This document shows positions 29,116 to 37,360 of a stretch of 64,000 bases of DNA, in pieces; the stretch's first letter is position 1, and each line of letters starts with the position of its first letter. Source of the stretch: Gammaproteobacteria bacterium (GTDB lineage: Bacteria > Pseudomonadota > Gammaproteobacteria > Thiotrichales > Thiotrichaceae); assembly GCA_018822845.1 (NCBI GenBank), contig JAHJJD010000018.1:16607-80606 (forward strand), written 5' to 3'. The notes below the pieces were generated by a model, which was given only the letters and a program-made list of their open reading frames with translations, did no database searches and was not told where the DNA came from. The translations under genes and the position numbers were made by a program.

Positions 29116-32100
29116 TTAGCCCACCCATACCCGTGCATTACGGAACATACGCAGCCATGCGCCATCCTCAACCAGCTCATCCGGCCTCCACGAATGCTGC
29201 ACGGCGCGGAACAAGCGCTCAGGATGCGGCATCATGATGGTGAAGCGCCCATCGGCAGTGGTCAAACCGGTAATGCCCAGCGGCGAACCGTTCGGATTTT
29301 CCGGGTAATGTTCAGTCGCATTGCCGTAATTGTCGACATAACGCAGGCCAACCAGCCCCTCCGCCAGCACACTTCCCGGCGCAACGTCTGCGTCGAACAC
29401 CGCACGGCCTTCGCCATGCGCCACTGCAATCGGCATCCGCGAACCTTCCATGCCTTGCAGGAACAGCGAGGGTGATTTCAGCACTTCTACGGCGGAGTAG
29501 CGCGCCTCGAACTGCTCGGAACGGTTGCGGTAGAAACGCGGCCAGTGCGTAGCACCGGGAATCATGTCGCGCAACTGCGAGAACATCTGGCAGCCATTGC
29601 ACACGCCCAACCCGAAGGAATCTTCACGCGCAAAGAAAGCAGCAAATTCGTCGCTGGCCTTCGGGTTCATCAGGATGGTTTTCGCCCAGCCGCCACCTGC
29701 GCCCAGCACGTCGCCGTAGGAGAAGCCGCCGCACGCCACCAACCCCTTGAAATCTTTCAGGCTGACACGACCGCTGATGATGTCGGTCATGTGTACGTCA
29801 ATGGTCTTGAAACCAGCACGGTCGAACGCCGCCGCCATTTCCACCTGGCCGTTCACGCCCTGTTCGCGCAGAATCGCCATCGCCGGGCGTACACCGGTAT
29901 TGATGTAAGGCGCGGCCACATCCTCATCCGGGTCAAATTTCAGGTCAAACGGCAAACCGGGGTCAGCCGCATCGTCCAGCCGCTCAAATTCCTGCGCAGC
30001 GCAATCGGCGTTGTCGCGCAGCGCCTGCATCCTGCAACTGGTTTCTGCCCAGATTTTCTGCAATGCAGCGCGTGGCGCGCGGTAGACTTCTGCGTGGCCG
30101 AAGCTCAGCACCAGCTCATCGGTGTCGTTGAGTTCGCCAAAGACATGAGTGTAATGCCCCAGCCCGGCTTCACGGAACACTTCAAGCACCGTGTCGGTGT
30201 CGCAATGACGCACCTGCAAGACTGCGCCCAGTTCTTCGCTAAACAGGGCGGGCAGCAATTGTCCAGCCAGTTCGCCGATACAGGCGGTGATACCCACATG
30301 CCCGGCGAAACTCATTTCTGCCAGCGTCGCCAACAGGCCACCGTCAGAACGGTCGTGATAAGCCAGAATCAGGTTTTCATCACGCAAATCCTGGATGGTG
30401 TCGAAAAACGCCCTGAAGGCATCCGGGTTGTCCAGATCGGGTGGGTAATGACCAACCTGTCCGTAAACCTGCGCCAGCGCGGAAGCCGCCAAACGGTTTT
30501 TACCCTTGCCCAGATCAACCAGAATCAGGTCGGTATCACCCTTGTCGGTATGCAACTGCGGCGTCAGGGTCTTGCGGATGTCCTGCACCGGGGCAAATGC
30601 CGATACAATCAACGACAGCGGCGCGGCCATTTCACGCTCTTCGCCATCCTGCTGCCAGACGGTTTTCATCGACAGTGAATCCTTGCCGACCGGAATGGCC
30701 AGACCGAGGCGCGGGCACAGATCTTCACCAACGGCCTTGACCGTATCGAACAGGGCAGCGTCTTCGCCGGGGTAGCCTGCCGCTGCCATCCAGTTGGCAG
30801 AAAGGCGGATGTTGCGCAGGTCAGCAATATCCGCCGCCGCAATATTGGTCAGCGCCTCACCAATCGCCATGCGCCCGGAAGCTGCCGGATTCACCAGCGC
30901 AATCGGGGTACGCTCGCCCAGTGCCATCGCTTCACCAAAGTTGCTGGTGTAATCGGTGGAAGTCACCGCCACATCTGCAACCGGAACCTGCCACGGCCCG
31001 ACCATCTGGTCACGCACCACCATACCTGTTACCGAGCGGTCACCGATGGTAATGAGGAAGGATTTGGAAGCGACCGTCGGCAAACGCAATACACGCTCGA
31101 TCGCATCAGCGACATCAATACCTGACAGGTCAATTTCCGGCTTGTGGAAGGTCTGGTGATGCACGTCGCGCAGCATCTTGGGCGGCTTGCCCAGCAGCAC
31201 GTTCATCGGCAGGTCGACTGGGTTATTGTCGAACAGGGAATCACCAACCAGCAATTGCTGCTCCTCGGTCGCCGTACCGACTACTGCGTAGATGGCGCGT
31301 TCGCGTTCGCACAGGGCACGGAAGGTATCGAGACGCTCTTCGGCAATCGCCAGCACATAGCGTTCCTGTGATTCGTTGCTCCAGATTTCCATCGGCGACA
31401 TGCCCGGCTCATCATTGGGCACGGTACGCAACTCAATCCGCCCGCCACGTCCGGCGTCGTTGATGATTTCCGGGATGGCGTTAGAAATGCCGCCTGCACC
31501 CACGTCGTGGATGGAAAGGATCGGGTTGTCAGCACCCAACGCCACACAGCGGTCGATGACCTCCTGGCAACGGCGCTGCATTTCAGGGTTACCACGCTGT
31601 ACCGAAGCGAAATCGAGATTTTCCGCACTGGTGCCACTGGCCATGGAGGAAGCAGCACCGCCACCCAGGCCAATCAGCATCACCGGGCCGCCCAGCACCA
31701 CGATCGGGGTACCTTCCGGCAGCGGGTTCTTTTCGATGTTACCTTCGCGGATGTTACCCACGCCACCCGCCAGCATGATCGGCTTGTGGTAGCCGCGCAG
31801 TTCTATGCCGCGCGCGCCGGGAGCCTGCATTTCAAAAGTACGGAAATAGCCCGTGATGTTGGGGCGACCAAATTCGTTGTTGAAAGCCGCCGCACCAATC
31901 GGCCCTTCCAGCATGATGTCGAGGGCGGAAACAATGCGCCCCGGCTTGCCGAAGTCGTGCTCCCACGGCTGCTCGTAGCCCGGAATACGCAGGTTGGACA
32001 CCGAGAAACCGCATAAACCCGCTTTCGGCTTGGAACCGTTACCGGTCGCGCCTTCATCACGGATTTCACCACCGGAACCGGTCGCCGCACCAGGGAATGG

Positions 32101-33009
32101 GGAAATCGCGGTCGGGTGGTTGTGGGTTTCCACCTTCATCAGGATATGAACCGGTTCGTTGGTGTAGTGGTATTCGCCCGTGTTGACATCAGTGAGGAAG
32201 CGGGTCGCCAGCGGGCCTTCGATAACTGAGGCGTTGTCCTTGTAGGCGGAAAGAATGCCTTCCGGCGCGTGCTGGTAAGTGTTGCGGATCATGCCGAACA
32301 GCGATTTGGGCTGTTCCTGCCCATCAATGATCCAGTCGGCGTTGAAAATCTTGTGACGGCAGTGTTCCGAGTTGGCCTGCGCGAACATCATCAGTTCCAC
32401 ATCAGTCGGGTTGCGCCCCAGTTCAGCGTAGTTTTCGGCGAGATAATCGATTTCATCCGGGGAAAGTGCCAAACCCCATTCGCTATTGGCTTTGGCCAGC
32501 GCGGCGGCGGCATCATTGGAAATATCGACGTAGCGTAATGACGCAGGCTCAGCCTCGCTGAACAACACGACAGCATCCTGCATGTCAGCCAGCACCATTT
32601 CGGTCATGCGATCATGCAACAGGGCGGCAATCTGGCCACGTTGCGCGTCCGACAGCGTGGAAACGCTTTGCACATCGTAGGCAATGCCGCGTTCGATCCG
32701 CTCCACCATGGTCAGGCCGCAGTTGTGGGCAATGTCACTGGCCTTGCTCGACCAGGGAGAAATCGTTCCGGGACGCGGGGTAACAAGGAACAGGGTACCA
32801 CTAAAATCGTGGCTGCCCTGCCGTTCCTCATAGGTCAGCAGGGTTTGCAAGCGGGCTTGCTCTTCTGCACTCAACTCGCGGCTGGTGCGCACGAAATGCG
32901 TGTATTCGGCTTGCAGGCCAGTGACCGCAGGCACGGCGGCTCGCAGCGCGCTCAACAGCTTGTTGCGGCGGAAATCGGAAAGGGCAACACTACCGGGGAG
33001 GATCAGCAT
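29116..33009 (-). CDS. purL: Phosphoribosylformylglycinamidine synthase (large single-chain form)
   Basis: [39 protein letters not shown], glutaminase GVCNGCQ and MMPHPER. Confidence 0.98.
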   Translation of the reverse strand: MLILPGSVALSDFRRNKLLSALRAAVPAVTGLQAEYTHFVRTSRELSAEEQARLQTLLTYEERQGSHDFSGTLFLVTPRPGTISPWSSKASDIAHNCGLTMVERIERGIAYDVQSVSTLSDAQRGQIAALLHDRMTEMVLADMQDAVVLFSEAEPASLRYVDISNDAAAALAKANSEWGLALSPDEIDYLAENYAELGRNPTDVELMMFAQANSEHCRHKIFNADWIIDGQEQPKSLFGMIRNTYQHAPEGILSAYKDNASVIEGPLATRFLTDVNTGEYHYTNEPVHILMKVETHNHPTAISPFPGAATGSGGEIRDEGATGNGSKPKAGLCGFSVSNLRIPGYEQPWEHDFGKPGRIVSALDIMLEGPIGAAAFNNEFGRPNITGYFRTFEMQAPGARGIELRGYHKPIMLAGGVGNIREGNIEKNPLPEGTPIVVLGGPVMLIGLGGGAASSMASGTSAENLDFASVQRGNPEMQRRCQEVIDRCVALGADNPILSIHDVGAGGISNAIPEIINDAGRGGRIELRTVPNDEPGMSPMEIWSNESQERYVLAIAEERLDTFRALCERERAIYAVVGTATEEQQLLVGDSLFDNNPVDLPMNVLLGKPPKMLRDVHHQTFHKPEIDLSGIDVADAIERVLRLPTVASKSFLITIGDRSVTGMVVRDQMVGPWQVPVADVAVTSTDYTSNFGEAMALGERTPIALVNPAASGRMAIGEALTNIAAADIADLRNIRLSANWMAAAGYPGEDAALFDTVKAVGEDLCPRLGLAIPVGKDSLSMKTVWQQDGEEREMAAPLSLIVSAFAPVQDIRKTLTPQLHTDKGDTDLILVDLGKGKNRLAASALAQVYGQVGHYPPDLDNPDAFRAFFDTIQDLRDENLILAYHDRSDGGLLATLAEMSFAGHVGITACIGELAGQLLPALFSEELGAVLQVRHCDTDTVLEVFREAGLGHYTHVFGELNDTDELVLSFGHAEVYRAPRAALQKIWAETSCRMQALRDNADCAAQEFERLDDAADPGLPFDLKFDPDEDVAAPYINTGVRPAMAILREQGVNGQVEMAAAFDRAGFKTIDVHMTDIISGRVSLKDFKGLVACGGFSYGDVLGAGGGWAKTILMNPKASDEFAAFFAREDSFGLGVCNGCQMFSQLRDMIPGATHWPRFYRNRSEQFEARYSAVEVLKSPSLFLQGMEGSRMPIAVAHGEGRAVFDADVAPGSVLAEGLVGLRYVDNYGNATEHYPENPNGSPLGITGLTTADGRFTIMMPHPERLFRAVQHSWRPDELVEDGAWLRMFRNARVWVG

Positions 33010-33186
33010 AGGGTTCTACCAATAGGGCAGTTCATCAAGGAAGGTATGATAGCGGAAAGCTGCGCCGGGGTGTAGACAAGCAAGGTTTTGCAGCACCAAT
33101 CGTTTCACACGGCAACAACCTGGCGTGCGTCACAGCATCGCCATCCATGCTAGACTCAGACCATAACCAGCAAACAGGCCACCATG

Positions 33187-34731
33187 ATGCAGCGTAAATC
33201 CTTACCCATCGGTATCCAGACCTTCAGCGAAATCCGCCGTGACAATCACTATTACGTGGACAAAACCCATCTGGCGGTAAAACTGGCAAAAGAAGGCAAG
33301 CATTATTTCCTCTCCCGCCCGCGCCGCTTCGGCAAAAGCCTGTTCCTCGACACCCTGAAAGAGCTGTTTGAAGGCAATGAACCGCTGTTTGAGGGGCTGG
33401 CCGCACATGCCCCATGGGACTGGTCAGTGCAATACCCGGTGCTACGCTTCAGCTTCGGCGGGGAAAACTTCCGCCAAACGCCAAGCCTGGCAGAAACGCT
33501 GGACGCACAACTGAGCCTGCTTGAAAATCAGCACCAGTTACCTCCGCAGGTGGATAGCATCAGTGGCCGGTTTGCCCACCTGATTGTGAAACTCCGCCAG
33601 CAAGCCGGACAGCCTGTAGTTATCCTGATCGACGAGTACGACAAACCAATTCTGGATGCCTTACTGCACCCTGAGGTCGCCCGCGCCAACCGTGATTTCC
33701 TGCGCGGGTTTTACGGTAACCTCAAGGACTACGACGCACACATCAAATTCAGCTTCCTGACCGGCGTCAGCAAGTTTTCCAAGGTAAGCCTGTTTTCCGG
33801 CCTGAACAACCTGTATGACCTGACCCTGATCCCCGATTACGCCACCATTTGCGGCTATACCGATCGTGATATTGATACAGTGTTCGCGCCGGAATTACCG
33901 GGGCTGGAACGGAACGCCATCCGCGAGTGGTACAACGGCTATCACTGGCTGGGGGAAGGCGTCTACAACCCGTTCGACATTTTGCAGCTATTCAAAAACC
34001 GTACTTTCAAAAGCTACTGGTTTGAAACCGGCACGCCTGCCTTTCTGGTGGATTTACTGTTTCAGCGCCAAATCCCTAGCCTGAAACTGGGGGAAATGAT
34101 CAGCAGCAGCAGCATGTTATCCAGCTTTGATGTGGACGACATCACCACCGAAGCCTTGTTATTCCAGACCGGCTACCTGACCATTCTCAAGGAGGAAAAT
34201 CTCGGCGGACAATACTTCTACACACTCGGCTACCCCAACCGCGAGGTGTACCAAAGCCTGAATGAATCACTGTTATCGGTACTGGTAAAAGACAAATCGC
34301 AACAGGCACTGCAAAGCACGCAATTATATCGCCTGCTGGAAGCCAATAATTTTGAGGGGCTGAAACAGCTTTTCCACCGCTTCTTTGCCAGCATCCCCTA
34401 CCACTGGTATACCAAAAACGACATCCAGAGCTACGAAGGTTATTACGCCTCGGTGTTTTATTCCTACTTCGCCTCCCTAGGATTAAAGGTAACACTGGAG
34501 GACATTACCAACCTCGGGCGCATTGACATGACCCTGACGTTTAATGGGCAGGTATATATCTTTGAATTCAAAGTGGTGGAAATGGCACCTGAAGGCAAGG
34601 CATTGCAACAGATCAAGGACAAGGCATACGCGGACAAATACCGTGGCCTGCAACAACCCATTCACTTGATCGGGGTGGAATTCAGCAAGGCATCACGCAA
34701 TATCGTCGGGTTTGTGGTGGAACAGGCATGA
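33187..34731 (+). CDS. AAA-ATPase-like protein with a C-terminal PD-(D/E)XK nuclease domain
   Basis: LPIGIQTF, YVDKT, RPRRFGKS Walker A, ILIDEYDKP Walker B, YNPF; GRIDM...IFEFK nuclease motif. Confidence 0.9.
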   Translation: MQRKSLPIGIQTFSEIRRDNHYYVDKTHLAVKLAKEGKHYFLSRPRRFGKSLFLDTLKELFEGNEPLFEGLAAHAPWDWSVQYPVLRFSFGGENFRQTPSLAETLDAQLSLLENQHQLPPQVDSISGRFAHLIVKLRQQAGQPVVILIDEYDKPILDALLHPEVARANRDFLRGFYGNLKDYDAHIKFSFLTGVSKFSKVSLFSGLNNLYDLTLIPDYATICGYTDRDIDTVFAPELPGLERNAIREWYNGYHWLGEGVYNPFDILQLFKNRTFKSYWFETGTPAFLVDLLFQRQIPSLKLGEMISSSSMLSSFDVDDITTEALLFQTGYLTILKEENLGGQYFYTLGYPNREVYQSLNESLLSVLVKDKSQQALQSTQLYRLLEANNFEGLKQLFHRFFASIPYHWYTKNDIQSYEGYYASVFYSYFASLGLKVTLEDITNLGRIDMTLTFNGQVYIFEFKVVEMAPEGKALQQIKDKAYADKYRGLQQPIHLIGVEFSKASRNIVGFVVEQA

Positions 34732-34824
34732 TGCCGTAATGGATGACGACGAAGCCAATCTGGGGTAATGTTCAGCAAACAGGTCGCTTATGGCCTGAAT
34801 TATTTTGGCTAACAGGCTTGTCGC

Positions 34825-34938
34825 ATGAGCTACGAATATTCCGAAGACGCCTTGGTGGAGGAAGCCGCCGAAGAAATCCTGCTGGATTATCAGTGGAAGG
34901 TGGTAAAAGCCTGGCATAGCGAAACCTTTTCCCTGTGA
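34825..34938 (+). pseudogene. N-terminal relic (37 codons) of a type I restriction enzyme R subunit (HsdR-like)
   Basis: Manual translation MSYEYSEDALVEEAAEEILLDYQWKVVKAWHSETFSL* resembles the (Y)SEDxLVEx(P/A)A...L..W.....ETF start typical of HsdR. It ends just before the START gene's stop. Recognised from memory, not by search. Confidence 0.6.
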
Positions 34939-34944
34939 ATCCCG

Positions 34945-35604
34945 CTACTTCACCTCAATTGACCTGATCTCTTCCTCACTGAATCTGGCGTCGCGGTATT
35001 TGGGTTCTTTTACCACCTCGCGCAGGTTTTGCAGGGTCTTGAAAACCGATTCGGCCATATGGTCATTGCTGGGGCCATTAAATGGCGCTTGCGGATTGGC
35101 CTGGATCTGGTAGCTGACCCGTACATGACCTGGGCTGACCTGCTGGAAAACCCATGAACCCTGCAAATCCAGCACGCGGGTACGCCCCGGCTGCACTGGC
35201 GCATGATTTTCCCTGCCCCTCAGGTTGATAACGATAGTGCCTTGCTTGCGCTTGTAGCGAACTGTGGAATAGATATACATATCCCGGTCTTGCAGCGGGA
35301 AAGGCGAATCCAGCACGCTGTATGCAATACGTTCAGATGGGTTCAGGGTAGCCACCAGCCGCCCTTCCTTGCAGGCATGCACCCAGCGCGGACAGGCTTC
35401 GACATCCTTAAGCAACGCCACCAGCGCATCCAGCGTCGTTTCGGTTTCGACTACGCCTCTGGTGGTTTCATGTGGGGAGCCGGTTTGCTGCTGTTGTACC
35501 AGAATACCATCCTCATTCTGCCTGACCACCCAACCGCCTTCATCGGCATATGTCAGGTTCAGCGATAACAGCAACAGGCAACAGACGGCAATGAACGTTT
35601 TCAT
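34945..35604 (-). CDS. Exported START-domain lipid-binding protein
   Basis: Signal peptide, W(V)VRQNEDGI, CPRWVHAC, SPFPLQDRDM and GSWVF...VSYQ; GAAGGAG RBS before ATG 35604. Confidence 0.8.
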   Translation of the reverse strand: MKTFIAVCCLLLLSLNLTYADEGGWVVRQNEDGILVQQQQTGSPHETTRGVVETETTLDALVALLKDVEACPRWVHACKEGRLVATLNPSERIAYSVLDSPFPLQDRDMYIYSTVRYKRKQGTIVINLRGRENHAPVQPGRTRVLDLQGSWVFQQVSPGHVRVSYQIQANPQAPFNGPSNDHMAESVFKTLQNLREVVKEPKYRDARFSEEEIRSIEVK

Positions 35605-35717
35605 GATGACTCCTTCTGCATTGCGCAGGAATAACTGCGAATACCGGGATTTATCATTCATGAGAACACATTGCTGTAAGCGGGTTCCGACGATATGTCG
35701 GACTCTTGATACAAGTG

Positions 35718-35847
35718 GAAAAAGAGAACGCCCACGGCAAATATAAGGGGAGGAGGAGTGAGAAACCTTATGTTTGCTGCCGTGGGCGCTTGCAGTGGTT
35801 CTACGCTAGGAGGAGGAGAGAGGAAGAGAACCATTTGTGCTGCAATG
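35718..35847 (-). ncRNA. Putative small RNA: two hairpins, each looping out CUCCUCCUCC, ending in a Rho-independent terminator
   Basis: Hairpin 1 pairs UUGCAG/CUGCAA and UGGUUCU/AGAACCA. Hairpin 2 pairs CGCCCACGGC/GCCGUGGGCG and AUAAGG/CCUUAU and is followed by UCUCUUUUU. There is an upstream promoter and no convincing ORF. Ends are estimated. Confidence 0.7.
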
Positions 35848-35853
35848 CAACAG

Positions 35854-35882
35854 ATATTATGTTTATTCGCACGGCTGGACAA
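35854..35882 (-). promoter_or_regulatory. sigma70-type promoter for the putative sRNA (TTGTCC-N17-TAATAT)
   Basis: -35 at 35882-35877 and -10 at 35859-35854, 17-nt spacer, pointing into the hairpin region. Confidence 0.55.
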
Positions 35883-35903
35883 GCTACTATTTCTCAACCA
35901 AAT

Positions 35904-35920
35904 GGTTAGAAAAACTAACC
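35904..35920. promoter_or_regulatory. LysR-type operator GGTTAG-N5-CTAACC
   Basis: Perfect dyad containing T-N11-A, centred about 65 nt upstream of the predicted sRNA start, the canonical position of an LTTR recognition site; 4 nt behind the LysR stop codon. Confidence 0.65.
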
Positions 35921-35924
35921 CGAA

Positions 35925-36878
35925 TCACAACATCTGAGCTGCCGCTTCTGCTTTCAGCCAATCCACAAAAGCCTCCACTGCGGGCTGGTTCGCCTCTACA
36001 GTCTGCGGGCGCATCACGTAATAAGCCTGTTCCAGCGGCATTGGCAGATCAAACGGAATGCACAGCTTCCCGGCCTCAATATCCAGTTGCGCCAGATGAT
36101 TGAGGCTGAGCAACACGCCCTGCCCGTCCACCGCTGCATCCAGTGCCAACGCTACGTGATTAAAATGTAATCCCCGGTTAGCCTTGACGCCCTCAATACC
36201 CTGCAATTCCAGCCACATTGACCAGTCCGGACGCCCGACATAAGCGGTATCGTCATGCAGCAAGGTATGAAACACCAGATCTTCGGGCTTTTTCAACGGA
36301 TGCGGGTGCGAGTCGCTAACCAGTTCAGGGCTGCATAATGGCACAACCATCACGGGAAACAGCTTTTCCTCCCGGACACTGGATAAACGGCTGGAGCCGA
36401 AGCGGATGATGACATCAATGCCATGCTGAAGAAAAAAGCTTTCCATGCTCTTTTTTTCCAGCGGAAAATCAGCGTCCACCAGGCTTGCGTCACTGCTGAT
36501 CTGCATATCGATGTCAGGGTGGTGCTGGGAAAAGCGGTGCAGGCGCGGCACCAGCCATTTGGAAGCAAAGGAAGGCGCAGTCCAGACCGTGATACTTTCC
36601 GCTGGTCTTGCACCCCGCATCAGGCTGACCGCTTCCGCCAGACTGTCGAACCCTGCCCGTAGCTTGGGCAGGGCAGCTTCCGCCCCCCCAGTCAGGACAA
36701 GTCTCCTGCTCTTGCGCTCAATCAGGGTTAAGCCCAGGAAATCCTCCAGATATTTGATCTGGTGACTGATGGCTGCACGGGTCACATTGAGTTCTTCCGC
36801 CGCCCTGGTAAAGCTCAGGTGGCGAGTAACAGCCTCAAAGGCGCGCAAGGCGTTCAACGGTGGTAATTGTTGTGACAT
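35925..36878 (-). CDS. GcvA-family LysR transcriptional regulator
   Basis: LPPLNALRAFEAVTRHLSFTRAAEELNVT HTH, SFASKWLVPRLHRF, LLHDD...W..W and AAVDGQGV. Confidence 0.9.
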   Translation of the reverse strand: MSQQLPPLNALRAFEAVTRHLSFTRAAEELNVTRAAISHQIKYLEDFLGLTLIERKSRRLVLTGGAEAALPKLRAGFDSLAEAVSLMRGARPAESITVWTAPSFASKWLVPRLHRFSQHHPDIDMQISSDASLVDADFPLEKKSMESFFLQHGIDVIIRFGSSRLSSVREEKLFPVMVVPLCSPELVSDSHPHPLKKPEDLVFHTLLHDDTAYVGRPDWSMWLELQGIEGVKANRGLHFNHVALALDAAVDGQGVLLSLNHLAQLDIEAGKLCIPFDLPMPLEQAYYVMRPQTVEANQPAVEAFVDWLKAEAAAQML

Positions 36879-36940
36879 GATATGATGATGTCTTGGCTGT
36901 ATTTATCGGCCAACAGCTTAGCACCATTCACGACATTGCG

Positions 36941-37360
36941 ATGACTATTTACCAACAGATTTTAAGCATCCCGACACAGGGACGCGGCACTTACAACATT
37001 ACCGCCAAAGTGGATGACAGTATCCACCAGAGTGGTATCAAGACGGGCTTGTGCCATGTATTCATCCATCACACCAGCGCATCGCTGATTATCACCGAAA
37101 ACGCCGACCCGGATGTGCGCCGCGACCTGGAAACCATCCTCAAACGCCTTGCTCCTGACGGCGACCCCAGCTACCGCCACACGGATGAGGGGATCGATGA
37201 TATGTCAGCACATGTGCGCTGTATGCTAACCAATACGGATGTAACTATCCCCGTCACACGCGGGCAAAGCGCATTGGGTACGTGGCAGGGCTTGTATCTC
37301 TACGAACACCGGGCAGGACGCTTCCAGCGCAAGCTGACCATAACCATTTCTGGGGAATGA
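36941..37360 (+). CDS. yjbQ: YjbQ/UPF0047 family protein
   Basis: HTSASL, NADPDVRRDL, HTDEGIDDMSAH and LGTWQGLYLYEHR. Confidence 0.9.
   Translation: MTIYQQILSIPTQGRGTYNITAKVDDSIHQSGIKTGLCHVFIHHTSASLIITENADPDVRRDLETILKRLAPDGDPSYRHTDEGIDDMSAHVRCMLTNTDVTIPVTRGQSALGTWQGLYLYEHRAGRFQRKLTITISGE

Noticed and set aside
29545-30678. 377-aa plus-strand ORF and other long antisense ORFs over purL, mrcB, mgtE, kdsD/kdsC, infB/nusA and the nuo genes
   Set aside because: They lie opposite well-conserved genes and have no motifs; expected shadows in GC-rich coding DNA.
35770-35937. 55-codon plus-strand ORF (MFAAVGACSG...) with a GGAGGAG upstream, and the alternative reading of the locus as a plus-strand CsrB/Rsm-like GGA RNA
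   Set aside because: Promoter, LysR box and U-tailed terminator all point to the minus strand. The apparent RBS is just the complement of the CUCC loop, and the peptide has no recognisable features. Not fully excluded without strand-specific RNA data.
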